A stretch of DNA of 63,035 bases, the filler included, from Methanobacteriota archaeon (GTDB lineage: Archaea > JACRDV01): assembly GCA_024860865.1 (NCBI GenBank). It is 4 parts of 4 records of this genome, joined end to end, with 100 filler letters (N's around TTAATTAATTAA, not from the genome) between each part and the next. Parts side by side here need not be neighbours in the genome. Positions count along the whole stretch, not along the records: positions 1 to 26,393 come from JACRDV010000062.1; 3 more parts are not named here. The stretch is one strand, 5' to 3'. Position 1 is the stretch's first letter, and each line of letters opens with the position of its first letter. Shown piece by piece: positions 1 to 9,118 of this stretch. The position numbers and the translations under genes are program-made. The notes under the pieces were generated by a model that was not told the origin of the DNA, did no database searches, and saw only the letters and a list, made by a program, of their open reading frames with translations.

Positions 1-79
1 TATAAGGATAAAACGAGAAAAACTTATAAGAAACAAATTCTATGAAAAGGCATTTGCTTCTAAATATTATGCTCATGAA

Positions 80-1303
80 ATGAAGATTAAATTTGAATCG
101 GGTGTTACCTTGCCCAATGATTCACAACCCAAGAGAGGAACTCTCCTTTCTTATATATTGGTAGGGATTGTTAGCAGTTTGATAGGCGGAGCTTTAGTCC
201 TTGGAATATTTGGATATTATTATGTCAGCAATATAGATCAAAAAATTACTGCCCTGCAAAAGAGCGTTGAAGGATTGAAAAGTCAAATAGTATTAGAAGG
301 AATCACGGGAGGTACGGATGAACAGACTATTATAAACGCCTATAATAAGGTTGCGCCATATGTTGTGCACAGTACTTCAACTGTTTTCACTAGGACTTTT
401 TTCATGGAGCTCGTTCCCATAGAGGGAGTTGGTTCTGGAGTAATTGTTAGCCCTGAAGGATATATTTTAACTAACGAACATGTAGTGAAAAATGCCGATT
501 CAGTTAGAGTTACTCTTACCGATGGAAAAGAGGTTTATGCAAGTTTAATTGGAACTGATTCAAAATCTGACATAGCTGTGATTAAAATTAATGGAACTGG
601 CTTTAATTTAAGCGCAGTTCCTTTAGGGAACTCTGATTTAGTTGTAGTAGGAATGCGCGCTATAGCAATCGGAAATCCATTTGGTCTAGATCGAACTGTA
701 ACTGTAGGAGTTGTTAGTGCTCTAAACCGATCTATGGAAACTGATGAAGGCGAAATAATCTCAGGTCTTATTCAAACAGATGCCCCAATTAACCCAGGAA
801 ATTCTGGAGGTCCTCTTGTAAATTCCCATGGAGAGGTTATTGGCATTAACACTGCCATTATTTCGCCAATTCGAGGATCTGTTGGAATCGGATTTGCTAT
901 TCCAATAAATAAAGCAAAGCAAGTTATGGATGAACTAATTCAAAAAGGAAAATATAAACCTGCTCAGCCTTGGTTGGGAATCTATGGCATCGACTTAACC
1001 CAAGATCTTAGTAAAGCTTTAGACTTACCTGTAAACGAGGGCGCTTTAATAACAGCTGTAGTTCCAAGTGGACCTGCTGATAAAGTTGGACTAAAAGGAG
1101 GAAAGGAACAAGTAATTATCGGCGGCCGAGTTGTTGCCATTGGTGGCGATGTGATAATTGAATTTAATGGCAAAAAAGTCAAGTCTATGAAAGATCTTAT
1201 TCAGTATATTAACGAACATAAGGTTGGAGATGAAATAGAAGTTAGCTATATTCGCGACGGAAAGAAAAACTTCACAAAAGTTACCTTAGGTAGGAAGCTC
1301 TAA
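80..1303 (+). CDS. htrA: HtrA/DegP-family serine protease with N-terminal TM anchor and PDZ domain
   Basis: LTNEHVV, SDIAVIK and TDAPINPGNSGGPL catalytic motifs; C-terminal PDZ. True start may be a slightly downstream TTG. Confidence 0.95.
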   Translation: MKIKFESGVTLPNDSQPKRGTLLSYILVGIVSSLIGGALVLGIFGYYYVSNIDQKITALQKSVEGLKSQIVLEGITGGTDEQTIINAYNKVAPYVVHSTSTVFTRTFFMELVPIEGVGSGVIVSPEGYILTNEHVVKNADSVRVTLTDGKEVYASLIGTDSKSDIAVIKINGTGFNLSAVPLGNSDLVVVGMRAIAIGNPFGLDRTVTVGVVSALNRSMETDEGEIISGLIQTDAPINPGNSGGPLVNSHGEVIGINTAIISPIRGSVGIGFAIPINKAKQVMDELIQKGKYKPAQPWLGIYGIDLTQDLSKALDLPVNEGALITAVVPSGPADKVGLKGGKEQVIIGGRVVAIGGDVIIEFNGKKVKSMKDLIQYINEHKVGDEIEVSYIRDGKKNFTKVTLGRKL

Positions 1304-1391
1304 CTGTATACTCCAAAAAACTCGGCTTATATACAGGCGTATACACAAAAATTAAAATAAACAAATTTTATTTTTTAAATAGTGAAGTTTT

Positions 1392-1568
1392 ATGAAAATT
1401 TTGAATGATCAAAGTGGACAGGCTGCACTTGAATATATGTTAATGGTTGCTACAGCTTTAGCAATTGTATCAGTAGTCGTATCTAACCTCAGAGTTTACT
1501 CTGCAGCTGCTGCTCAGGTGGCAGTAAAAAAATTCCAGAATGCGACTAAATTAATTTATGAAATTTGA
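1392..1568 (+). CDS. Small class III signal peptide (type IV pilin-like) protein, 58 aa, absent from ORF track
   Basis: MKILNDQSGQAALEYMLMVATALAIVSVVV...: G|QxxxE cleavage motif followed by a hydrophobic helix. Confidence 0.8.
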   Translation: MKILNDQSGQAALEYMLMVATALAIVSVVVSNLRVYSAAAAQVAVKKFQNATKLIYEI

Positions 1569-1604
1569 TCATTTTTTCTAAATGTGTCTCATAGTCTAAC
1601 GCTT

Positions 1605-2516
1605 TTACTGGATAGGATAAGTAGGCATACCTGTTTTATCTAAAATTATTTTTGCTATTTCAATTGTTTTATTAATTATGGGTGTAGAGTCAGGTCCAAT
1701 CATAATTATAAATTTCTTGTTTGCCCAAATGGCGTGAATTGCATTACTGAAAAAAAAGCTACCGTAATAAACGTCATATCCATCTATACTAATTTCCCTT
1801 AGGGCACTAAGAGCAGACATATTTTTTACCACTTTTTCTGCTACCTCTGTGGATTTACATTCTAAAATATGAATAAAACCTGTGTTGTTGCTGCTATCCC
1901 TAATTCTAATAAATCTACCATCAGAAATAGTTGTATTTTTACCATATGCTATTGAAATAATTTCATCCATTCTCTCTTTAAACATTGAAACTTGTGTGTA
2001 GGCTCCAATTCCCTCCATTGTTATCCCAGATGGAAGTTCATCTCTAGCAATAACAAAGTCATTAACAGATTCTGGACCTTTCGCTCGCATTGCAACTACT
2101 TTCCTATTCTCAATATGGGTTCGCTTAGTTTGATCTCGATCTGAACCGGCCAATATTATTATTACCTGCCCAGTAACCCAGACGTTTGTCTTAACATACA
2201 TCTTGCGATTACCTCTAGTTCTGAGATAATTTTGTTCATCTGAGAACAAAGCCTGTCTAACGATATCCCCAGTGCCATTGTAAGCGTCCGGTCCACCTAA
2301 AATAATAATAAACTTCTCTGTTTGATAATTAGGAAAGTCTGCAGCTGTTATACGAATGACATCAATTCCTTGATTTCTTAAAAAGCCAAAGAAATCTAAA
2401 GCCATGTTATAATCAATTAGGTTTGATATTACAACAATTTTGGGTGCTGCGGCACTAGTGAGAGATGCGCCACAAAGCAAAAGTAAGGTTAGAGTAACAA
2501 AAACTGATTTTTGCAT
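1605..2516 (-). CDS. Secreted protein with an archaeal surface-protein-type N-terminal domain (SNxID...ILGGPDA)
   Basis: Signal peptide MQKSVFVTLTLLLLCGASLTSAA; start moved to ATG 2516. Confidence 0.65.
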   Translation of the reverse strand: MQKSVFVTLTLLLLCGASLTSAAAPKIVVISNLIDYNMALDFFGFLRNQGIDVIRITAADFPNYQTEKFIIILGGPDAYNGTGDIVRQALFSDEQNYLRTRGNRKMYVKTNVWVTGQVIIILAGSDRDQTKRTHIENRKVVAMRAKGPESVNDFVIARDELPSGITMEGIGAYTQVSMFKERMDEIISIAYGKNTTISDGRFIRIRDSSNNTGFIHILECKSTEVAEKVVKNMSALSALREISIDGYDVYYGSFFFSNAIHAIWANKKFIIMIGPDSTPIINKTIEIAKIILDKTGMPTYPIQ

Positions 2517-2614
2517 AAGAAATAGAATCTTCCCTATTAATATAAATTTTTTTAATTTTAATTGCTTGTCCGACACTAGTCTTAACTAAACTTAAATCGA
2601 TTCGGGATTAAATT

Positions 2615-2950
2615 ATGAATGCAAATTTCAATGGTGATATAGTGGGAAAGAAACCATTATGTTTTAAGCAGTACTCTAAACAATCATTTTTATATCCAGA
2701 AGTATGCGAACTATGCCACATTGTTGATGCATGTGAAAAAGCCGAGATAAATGAAAGAAAAAAGAAGTATCTTGTCGCAAGAGAAAAAGTATTAACAATG
2801 CTATTAGCATTATTTGGAGTCTTAACTTTTCTTCAATATTATCCCATAGCAGTATTTTTAGGGATGTTTGTAATGATGTACTGCTATGTCATGTATAAGA
2901 AAGGTTTGCATGTGAATTGGGAAACTAGCCGCATTAAAATGACTAAATAA
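2615..2950 (+). CDS. Small protein with Cys cluster (C..CxxC..C) and two C-terminal TM helices
   Basis: ORF translation; GGTGA upstream of an internal GTG suggests a start near 2642. Confidence 0.5.
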   Translation: MNANFNGDIVGKKPLCFKQYSKQSFLYPEVCELCHIVDACEKAEINERKKKYLVAREKVLTMLLALFGVLTFLQYYPIAVFLGMFVMMYCYVMYKKGLHVNWETSRIKMTK

Positions 2951-3109
2951 AGTATTTTTAGAAACAGAGAAGTTTTTTGAAAAATTTTGGAAAAAGAAAA
3001 AATGGACGTGACACAAGCTAGTCTTTTTACTTTTACTGCATGTACTGGATTTGGATATAGTAAAACATTTAATCCAGTAAATAGACAAATAGAAACCGGC
3101 TAACAACCA

Positions 3110-3173
3110 TTTTCTCTATGATGAGGTGAACCTGCGTCTGAAATATGATGATTGCTTACCTCTGATGAGGAAA
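3110..3173 (+). ncRNA. Archaeal box C/D sRNA (2'-O-methylation guide)
   Basis: C ATGATGA 3118-3124, D' CTGA 3138-3141, C' ATGATGA 3145-3151, D CTGA 3162-3165; guides of 13 and 10 nt; terminal stem TTTTCTC/GAGGAAA; intergenic. Confidence 0.9.
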
Positions 3174-3195
3174 TTTATCCACTTCTTTAAATGAC

Positions 3196-3310
3196 TTAAA
3201 AATCTATTTTGAATTTTTCTCTGGCAATTTCCTCTAATCTTTCTATTTCATTTTCCTAAAACCGATGTAGATTCCACCGAATTTCCCGCCAACCCAAGTC
3301 CTCTTTTTTA
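3196..3310 (-). pseudogene. Orphan 3' fragment homologous to the C-terminus of the 4207-4449 protein
   Basis: TWVGGKFGGIYIGFRK/EIERLEEIAREKFKIDF* (one frameshift) aligns with TFCAGKSGGVFLGLKKEMQKRAQELIKK. Confidence 0.7.
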
Positions 3311-3313
3311 TGT

Positions 3314-4194
3314 TTAGGTAAATTCTTTTACTTTAGAAAGAACGCCAATTAAATCGCTTTTAATTTCATGTTCCCAAATGATTAGTGTTTTATATCCATA
3401 TCTACTAAAAAAATTTTTTCTATCGTTCTCTTCTTCAGCTTTATGGTAGAAATCTCCAAATAATTCGATAACTTTCTTTTGTCCATTGATATTAATGAAA
3501 TCAGGACACTTTCCATTAATTGAGATAGCCCCATCACCTACATATTTGTAAGGCAATCCTTCTTCACAGAGGATATATGAGAAGAATGATTCTAATCTAT
3601 TAGGTTTTTTGTACATCTTTTTCAACATTGTTTTGACAAAATTTTCATTTTTCCACTTTTCATGTAAAGTCTTGGATATTTTTTTCCTTGTTTCTTCTGA
3701 GCGCTTTTTATCTACTTTCTTTTTTGCTAGTTTCGCAACTCTTGAATCAGTTTCCTTGGTCAAACCTTTATTCCAAACTTTAGCAGTTTTATAGTATTCC
3801 TTAATCCACTTCTGCCATTTTTCAACATATTTTCTAACCCTCCCATCAGTTTTCGCAGTCAATCCCTTGTTCCATGGAGGATGGTTTTTACGATATTCTT
3901 TAAGGATTTCATGTAAACCTTTCTTCATAATGGTTAGACGTATCTTCTCTTTTGTCCCTTTAGACATGATTTTACCTTTCTTCTTTCTAGCCATCTTTGC
4001 AATTCTCTCATCCACTTCTTTAGTTAATCCTTTGTTCCAAACAACACGACCTTTAAGTGCTAATGATATCGCTTTTCTATGGTTTTCTGTAAGTTTCTTT
4101 CCTCTATGAGATTTTCTTAATTTTGATTTTATTTCTTCGGCTCTTATCTTACCATAAAACTCATCGTAGGTTCTGTCTTTTCTGGGTATACCAT
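3314..4194 (-). CDS. Free-standing homing-type endonuclease: NUMOD3-like repeats plus C-terminal PD-(D/E)xK/Vsr-like domain; frameshift after codon 4
   Basis: Three WNKGLT repeats, SEETRKKIS, CPDF...VIELFGDFYH...LIIWEHE. Frame is open to about 4220, but the RBS-linked ATG at 4194 is one base out of frame. Confidence 0.8.
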
Positions 4195-4206
4195 TTGGAT
4201 AACCTC

Positions 4207-4449
4207 TTAGCTTTTTTCTAACTTTTTAATTAACTCTTGTGCCCTTTTTTGCATCTCTTTCTTAAGTCCTAAAAAAACACCGCCAGATTTACCAGCACAA
4301 AAAGTACTCTCATTTGGTTCAATTATTTCATTCAAATCTTTTTGTTCTATGTCTATGTGTATAACTTTGCTTCCAGTCAACGGATCTTCTTTGTGTATAT
4401 ATACAACAGCATTTTCTAGTCTGATTTTGCTTTTAGCTGGACCAGTCAT
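4207..4449 (-). CDS. Small hypothetical protein, 80 aa
   Basis: GAGGTG RBS; degenerate paralogs on both sides. Confidence 0.75.
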   Translation of the reverse strand: MTGPAKSKIRLENAVVYIHKEDPLTGSKVIHIDIEQKDLNEIIEPNESTFCAGKSGGVFLGLKKEMQKRAQELIKKLEKS

Positions 4450-4559
4450 ATCTTCTACACCTCATATCCATTCTTATTCTTTCAAATAATTTCTATAAAT
4501 AACTTATATACCACTTTCGAGAGTGCACTTCCGATGGTTCCAGTAAAACTTGAAAGCAA

Positions 4560-4753
4560 ATTTAAATTCTTTATTAAAATAATTTTCTCTAATCATCCAC
4601 TTCAAAAGGACTTTTAAACCAATGAAAAAATCCCTTTTAGTCGAATCTAAGGTGAATGTAAACTACTGCACCTTCTAACTTGGTTTTTTCCTCATCAGAG
4701 CTAAGATAAACCGTTGCATCTAATTTTAGTTTACCTTCAGCAGGTCCAGTCAT
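4560..4753 (-). pseudogene. Degenerate paralog of 4207-4449
   Basis: MTGPAEGKLKLDATVY...KLEGAVVYIHLRFD* (4753-4637), then out-of-frame KGFFIGLK; start overlaps the upstream stop (ATGA). Confidence 0.65.
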
Positions 4754-5463
4754 TTTTTCACGCAATGTTTAGCTAGCTCGCATTTCGCGCATTTATTTTT
4801 CCTACAAAAATCTTTTCCAAGCCTCAGTAATGCCGCCTCAAAATCGGCAAAACTTTTGCCTTTGATTTCATTTGTTCTCCAGAATTCTTGTAACTCTAAA
4901 AGTATTCGCGCGCGTTCAATTTGTGTTTTGCCAGGTAGTTTAGTAAGTCCAAGATTGCGCGCTGTAAGAATGACTAACTCTTGTGGAAGTGGATTTGCTT
5001 TCTTCCAAATTCCTCTCAACTCACGAAGAAAAATATTAACAGTAACGTCTCCAATCCCCTTTCCCAAACCCTTGAGTTTCTTTTCTAAGTCAATTGAATT
5101 GATTGCTATATTATGAAGTTTATTTAAATCACCGTTATAATTTTCTTTAAGGTTTTTCATAACTTCGAGCAATTTGTCCGCAGTTTTAAAATCAAGTCTT
5201 ACATAAGAGCCTCTGTCTAATGTCTCGACTAATTTATCCCAACCAGCTTTGATAATTTTCTCAGCATTTAAAAGACCTTCTTTTCTGAATTCATGATAAG
5301 TTTTAAAGCAGATTATCTCTGGCATAGGAGCTCCGAACAAAATTGACGCTAGAAACCATTTAAAAATCTCAACAGAGCTCGTTTTCTTTAAATTAATCTC
5401 TAACTGAGCTGAAAAACAAGTTCCAAATTTTTGCATTAGGAGATTAAATGCCGCTTTTTTCAT
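4750..5463 (-). CDS. HhH-GPD/endonuclease III-like protein with C-terminal 4-Cys cluster
   Basis: HhH motif LGKGIGDVTVNIFLRE; CRKNKCAKCELAKHC. Confidence 0.75.
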   Translation of the reverse strand: MKKAAFNLLMQKFGTCFSAQLEINLKKTSSVEIFKWFLASILFGAPMPEIICFKTYHEFRKEGLLNAEKIIKAGWDKLVETLDRGSYVRLDFKTADKLLEVMKNLKENYNGDLNKLHNIAINSIDLEKKLKGLGKGIGDVTVNIFLRELRGIWKKANPLPQELVILTARNLGLTKLPGKTQIERARILLELQEFWRTNEIKGKSFADFEAALLRLGKDFCRKNKCAKCELAKHCVKK

Positions 5464-5499
5464 GTTGGACAGTTTTCTTCCTTGAGATATAAATACTTC

Positions 5500-5690
5500 A
5501 AAGAAACGCAAGATGAAAGCCTGCGGTTCGGGCTGGATCGTTCTTCAAATGTAGCTGTGATGCGGAACGGCAGATGGATGAAACCTAATCCGCTAAGCAA
5601 AAGAGGAGAGGTTGTAAGTGCCGAAAATGCAACAGAACCAAGAAACGCAAAGGTTATCAATGATGAGTGCAAATTATGTCCAGCTTAGGA
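5500..5690 (+). other. Candidate structured 5' leader or ncRNA upstream of the SSB gene
   Basis: GC-enriched intergenic stretch with several stems, downstream of a TATA-like ATATAAATA. Confidence 0.45.
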
Positions 5691-5698
5691 GGTTTTAA

Positions 5699-5986
5699 AT
5701 GAAAATATCACAGCTACAACCCGGAATGAAAAAGGTTACTGTAGATGTAAGCGTAGTTGACGTTGCTGAGCCAAGGGAATTCACTGGGCGCTTTGGGCCA
5801 GGAGTTCTACAAAACGTGATTGTAGAAGATGATACTGGACAGTGCAAACTCGTGCTCTGGGGGCAAGACGTTGGGTCTCTTAAAAAAGGCGATAAAGTTC
5901 GACTAGAGAATGGCTATACAAGCGAATTTCGAGGAGAACTGCAGATACAAAAGGGTAGATTTGGGCAACTCACTAAAGTCAAGTAA
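5699..5986 (+). CDS. Single-OB-fold ssDNA-binding protein (SSB/RPA-like)
   Basis: VEDDTGQCKLVLWG, LENGYTSEFRGELQI; AGGAGG RBS. Confidence 0.9.
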   Translation: MKISQLQPGMKKVTVDVSVVDVAEPREFTGRFGPGVLQNVIVEDDTGQCKLVLWGQDVGSLKKGDKVRLENGYTSEFRGELQIQKGRFGQLTKVK

Positions 5987-6217
5987 ATTGTAAATTTTTG
6001 TTGATGTAGTCATTTTCATTTTTCAAGAAGTTTTATGAATCGAAGGGCATCTTCTTTCATCGAGATAGGGTATTTAGTCGGCAAAGGAAAAATTACAATG
6101 GAGAAAGTGGGTGGAAATTGGATTATTGAAAAGAAAAGCTCTCTATAAACTTTGGATTGAAAAGAAATGAATTCATCAGGAGCGTTAAATTTTTAAAAAA
6201 TTGTTATAAAATTAATT

Positions 6218-6958
6218 TTACTTTTCGACTAATCTCATGAATTCTTTTGCATTCTTATACATATACAAATTGTTAAAAAGTAGGTAAATCTCTATAGCCT
6301 TTAAATTATGTATTTTAGTAAGAAGTTCTTGCAATTCTTTCGAAGAATATTCATGATTATAATTAATTCGCCCTTTTTCATATTTTCCATGCAATCTAAA
6401 GTATGCAATTTTAGAGTTGCTAAACCAAGTAGCATCAGATGCAAAAATATCGACGCAATGAATTAGATTAAATTTTTTACAAATATTTTTTACTACAGTT
6501 TTTTCCCACCCTCTTGGTTCCCAAGCGATTTTTATTTTATTTCTTTTGATTTTCGAAAAGAATTTTTCTGCATTTTTTATATTTTCTTCTGTTTGTTTAA
6601 AGCTAGCTGGGCACTGAATTAGGCAAATGTCTGCTCTTAAAATTTCGCAGATTTCTGTTGTTTTCTTCCAGGCGTCAGAGACTTGTTTTGTTGGTCTTAA
6701 AAATCCATACTTGTCAATATCCTCCGGTTCAAGTTTGATTCCAACTTTTTTCCAAGTTGGACTTGTTCCAGGGTGAGTTATACCTTGCCATGATTTTACG
6801 CAAAATTTAAAATCCGTTGGTGCTTGCTCTCTCCATTTTTGAGCCGTTTCAAGTCTAGGAAGTTTATAAAAGGTTGACTGGATCTCAACAACATTGAAAG
6901 TTTTAAAATATTCTTTCATATTTACTGCGAATCCACAACAACCAACATACATTCGCAT
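6218..6958 (-). CDS. DUF72 family protein
   Basis: YVGCCGF, VVEIQSTFY, QCPASF, WEPRG, YFRLHG, FNN motifs. Confidence 0.92.
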   Translation of the reverse strand: MRMYVGCCGFAVNMKEYFKTFNVVEIQSTFYKLPRLETAQKWREQAPTDFKFCVKSWQGITHPGTSPTWKKVGIKLEPEDIDKYGFLRPTKQVSDAWKKTTEICEILRADICLIQCPASFKQTEENIKNAEKFFSKIKRNKIKIAWEPRGWEKTVVKNICKKFNLIHCVDIFASDATWFSNSKIAYFRLHGKYEKGRINYNHEYSSKELQELLTKIHNLKAIEIYLLFNNLYMYKNAKEFMRLVEK

Positions 6959-7106
6959 ATTTTTATCATAACTTTTAGACTATTTATTTTTATACGTTTT
7001 TCTTTTTCTATATTCGTCTTTCATGTGGTTGGAAAATTTCCTTACTTGTCAAATCCACAAGTCATTGCATTTAACTTTAATGCTCATTGAAAATTTCTTA
7101 ATCAAC

Positions 7107-7487
7107 TTAATTTTTTGATGGTAGTTTGTATGCAACATATAAAATTAAAAGTATTGCTCCTAGTATAAGAATTAAAGAAACTTTATCCAGAATTTGTAAA
7201 ATAATAAAATTTTGAGAAGTATAAATTTGTAATACATCATATAAACCCCAACCAACAAAACCAACCACTGCAAACATGCAGGCAATTCTTATCAGCTTTA
7301 AAACATTAACAAATTGTTCTTTTACTGAAAGCCATATTTCATAGCTTAGTCCTATGATAACTGCATCGATCCACCATACAAAGCCCCAAGCTAAAGGTTC
7401 TTTTATTCTACTAAATAATAAAATCCATACCACAAAACCGATTAGTAAAAACTCAATTGTTGAGATTACAATAATTTTCCTTTTCAT
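7107..7487 (-). CDS. 4-TM membrane protein, candidate immunity protein of the distal cassette
   Basis: Starts 1 nt after the stop of the orphan tip 7489-7929; four hydrophobic segments. Confidence 0.7.
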   Translation of the reverse strand: MKRKIIVISTIEFLLIGFVVWILLFSRIKEPLAWGFVWWIDAVIIGLSYEIWLSVKEQFVNVLKLIRIACMFAVVGFVGWGLYDVLQIYTSQNFIILQILDKVSLILILGAILLILYVAYKLPSKN

Positions 7488-7488
7488 T

Positions 7489-7929
7489 TCAAATAATCCA
7501 TTTTATAGCTTCCTTAAATTTCCGTGTTGTGTTTTTTAGTTCGTTTCCGAGACGTACAAATGGAGCAGAAACCGCTTCCACATATCTAGATGTTATGGTT
7601 AAACCAAGACCTACTCCCATCATTGCTACGCCTGTTTTCACTGACCATAAACCAGCTACGGCACCTACGGGACCTAAAGCCATCATCCCAATACCTACTA
7701 CTGTGAGCGCAATACCAATTGCCATTCCCAAACTGCTACGCTGTATTATCGTTTCAGCATTTTTTTCTTGCTTCGGCAAGGCTTCATTTCCGTGCACAAC
7801 AGGTTTATTGGATTGAACGGATGCTATGAATACTGGTTTTAAAACAGTAGTTTCTGCAGATCTGACACCAGTTGTTTTTGTATTGGCATAGGTACCTGGA
7901 GCTTTTGACTGTATTTTGCCAAATTCCAA
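7489..7929 (-). CDS. Orphan alternative C-terminal tip of the 1423-aa secreted protein
   Basis: QSKAPGTYANTK...AETT...HGNEALPKQE matches the carrier, then a different Gly-rich hydrophobic hairpin; no signal peptide. Confidence 0.8.
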   Translation of the reverse strand: MEFGKIQSKAPGTYANTKTTGVRSAETTVLKPVFIASVQSNKPVVHGNEALPKQEKNAETIIQRSSLGMAIGIALTVVGIGMMALGPVGAVAGLWSVKTGVAMMGVGLGLTITSRYVEAVSAPFVRLGNELKNTTRKFKEAIKWII

Positions 7930-7960
7930 GGAGACGCCTCCTTCACTAAATCAGAAAATT

Positions 7961-8296
7961 TTAACGACCTATTTGTTTATGCTTTTTGATTACCTCAATT
8001 GATAAAAACAAACCTCCTATAGCCATAAGCAACCAAGCTAATATTTCAGAGAATATTGAAATAGTTGAATAACCAAAATAAAAAACAACATCAGCCGGAG
8101 TAAACATTAAAATACCGACAGAAAAAATCAGTAATCCTCTGAAAACATTTTTGGTTAGCCTTTTATCAAGTAGGGTGTATAAAAATATGCTAAAAAATAA
8201 AAAAATTGAAAGCAAAATGAATGAACTAAATATAAAAGCCAAGATAAGACCAACATAAGCAATTAAAAGTGAAATAATTTGAAAAAACTTTATCAT
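7961..8296 (-). CDS. 4-TM membrane protein, candidate immunity protein; homolog of the N-half of 12114-12803
   Basis: Shared LDKxLT and PxD...FGYxTxSxFxE motifs; starts 8 nt after the tip stop. Confidence 0.75.
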   Translation of the reverse strand: MIKFFQIISLLIAYVGLILAFIFSSFILLSIFLFFSIFLYTLLDKRLTKNVFRGLLIFSVGILMFTPADVVFYFGYSTISIFSEILAWLLMAIGGLFLSIEVIKKHKQIGR

Positions 8297-8304
8297 ATAA
8301 AGTT

Positions 8305-8637
8305 CTATCCTAGAATTCGCCTGAGATTAGTTAGAGTTTGATTAATACTTTTTGTAGTATTTTTAATTTCTTTCGCGGCTATGCCTAAAACTCCAGAATA
8401 TCTTAAAAGAGCACCTCCAGCAACTACTGCACCTAGTCCCGCTATTTTGGTAGTAGGTTCTGGACCTAAAATCATGGCAGCAACTCCAACAGCAATTAGA
8501 ACAGAGCCAATAACTGCTGCAACTTTTTTGTTAAATTCAAGAGCTTTAACTCCGTTTTCTTGCTTCGGCAAGGCCTCATTTCCATGCTTTTCTAGCTTTT
8601 TAGACTCGACAGAAGGCCCAATTGTTGTTTTTGTAAT
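8305..8637 (-). CDS. Orphan alternative C-terminal tip with no proper start
   Basis: ITKTTIGPSVESKKLEKHGNEALPKQENGVKALE is nearly identical to the carrier, then a divergent hydrophobic hairpin. Confidence 0.8.
   Translation of the reverse strand: MTKTTIGPSVESKKLEKHGNEALPKQENGVKALEFNKKVAAVIGSVLIAVGVAAMILGPEPTTKIAGLGAVVAGGALLRYSGVLGIAAKEIKNTTKSINQTLTNLRRILG
8535..8637. repeat. 103-bp direct repeat of 13033-13135 (5 mismatches); partial copies at about 7766-7913 and a short one near 9058-9069
   Basis: Manual alignment. Confidence 0.95.
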
Positions 8638-8639
8638 TC

Positions 8640-9080
8640 ACTTTGGCTTGCAGCAATGTTTTTATGTGTTCCTGAATCGATTAAAGAATACCGTATTAAG
8701 AAATCTCGGTTTAAGAAAATTTTGTCGCTATTATCAATAGTTTTTATAATTTTTGTAATCCTTTTATTAATCCTTTCAATAGTTAGCGAAATAGGTTTAT
8801 TGGACTGAAGGATGCTATGAATGTTGTTTTGCCTAAACAAGGTGAGGCCTATAAATTTTTGGAAATAAATAAGCAAACCAATTAAGACCCAGTGCAAAAT
8901 AAATCGAATTTTAGACTTGGACCAAAATTCTTTGTAGTTTACTAATAATGCTAAAACAGCGATGAGCGCTGCAATCCCTCCTATACTAATGCGGCTATGG
9001 CGATTCCAACAATCACAATTGCTACTTTGGCATTCCACAAAGCTTATTCCTTGCTTAAGCTTTTTAGACTGGATAGATAG
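8640..9080 (-). pseudogene. Mosaic of degenerate tip and immunity cassette fragments
   Basis: QSKKL plus frameshifted AKVAIVIVGIAIAALV; a TM fragment; 8793-8822 repeats 7801-7831 (QSNKP) with a 1-nt deletion. Confidence 0.6.
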
Positions 9081-9118
9081 TTATCACATTTAGGAGATTT
9101 TAAATTCAATGTACGTAT

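Noticed and set aside
3200..4200. Group I intron or intein hosting the endonuclease
   Set aside because: No recognisable P7 core or splicing motifs, and the upstream gene has its own stop.
3160..4700. 14-bp inverted repeat CTCTGATGAGGAAA flanking the endonuclease region; also a hammerhead-like CTGATGA..GAAA
   Set aside because: No target duplication; one copy is the sRNA D box and stem, the other is coding; no room for hammerhead stem II. A chance match is plausible.
5500..5690. RNase P RNA (GAAAGCCTG, GCAACAGAA, CAGCTTA resemble conserved regions)
   Set aside because: P4 would be short and lack the bulged U, and no P1/P2 framework was found.
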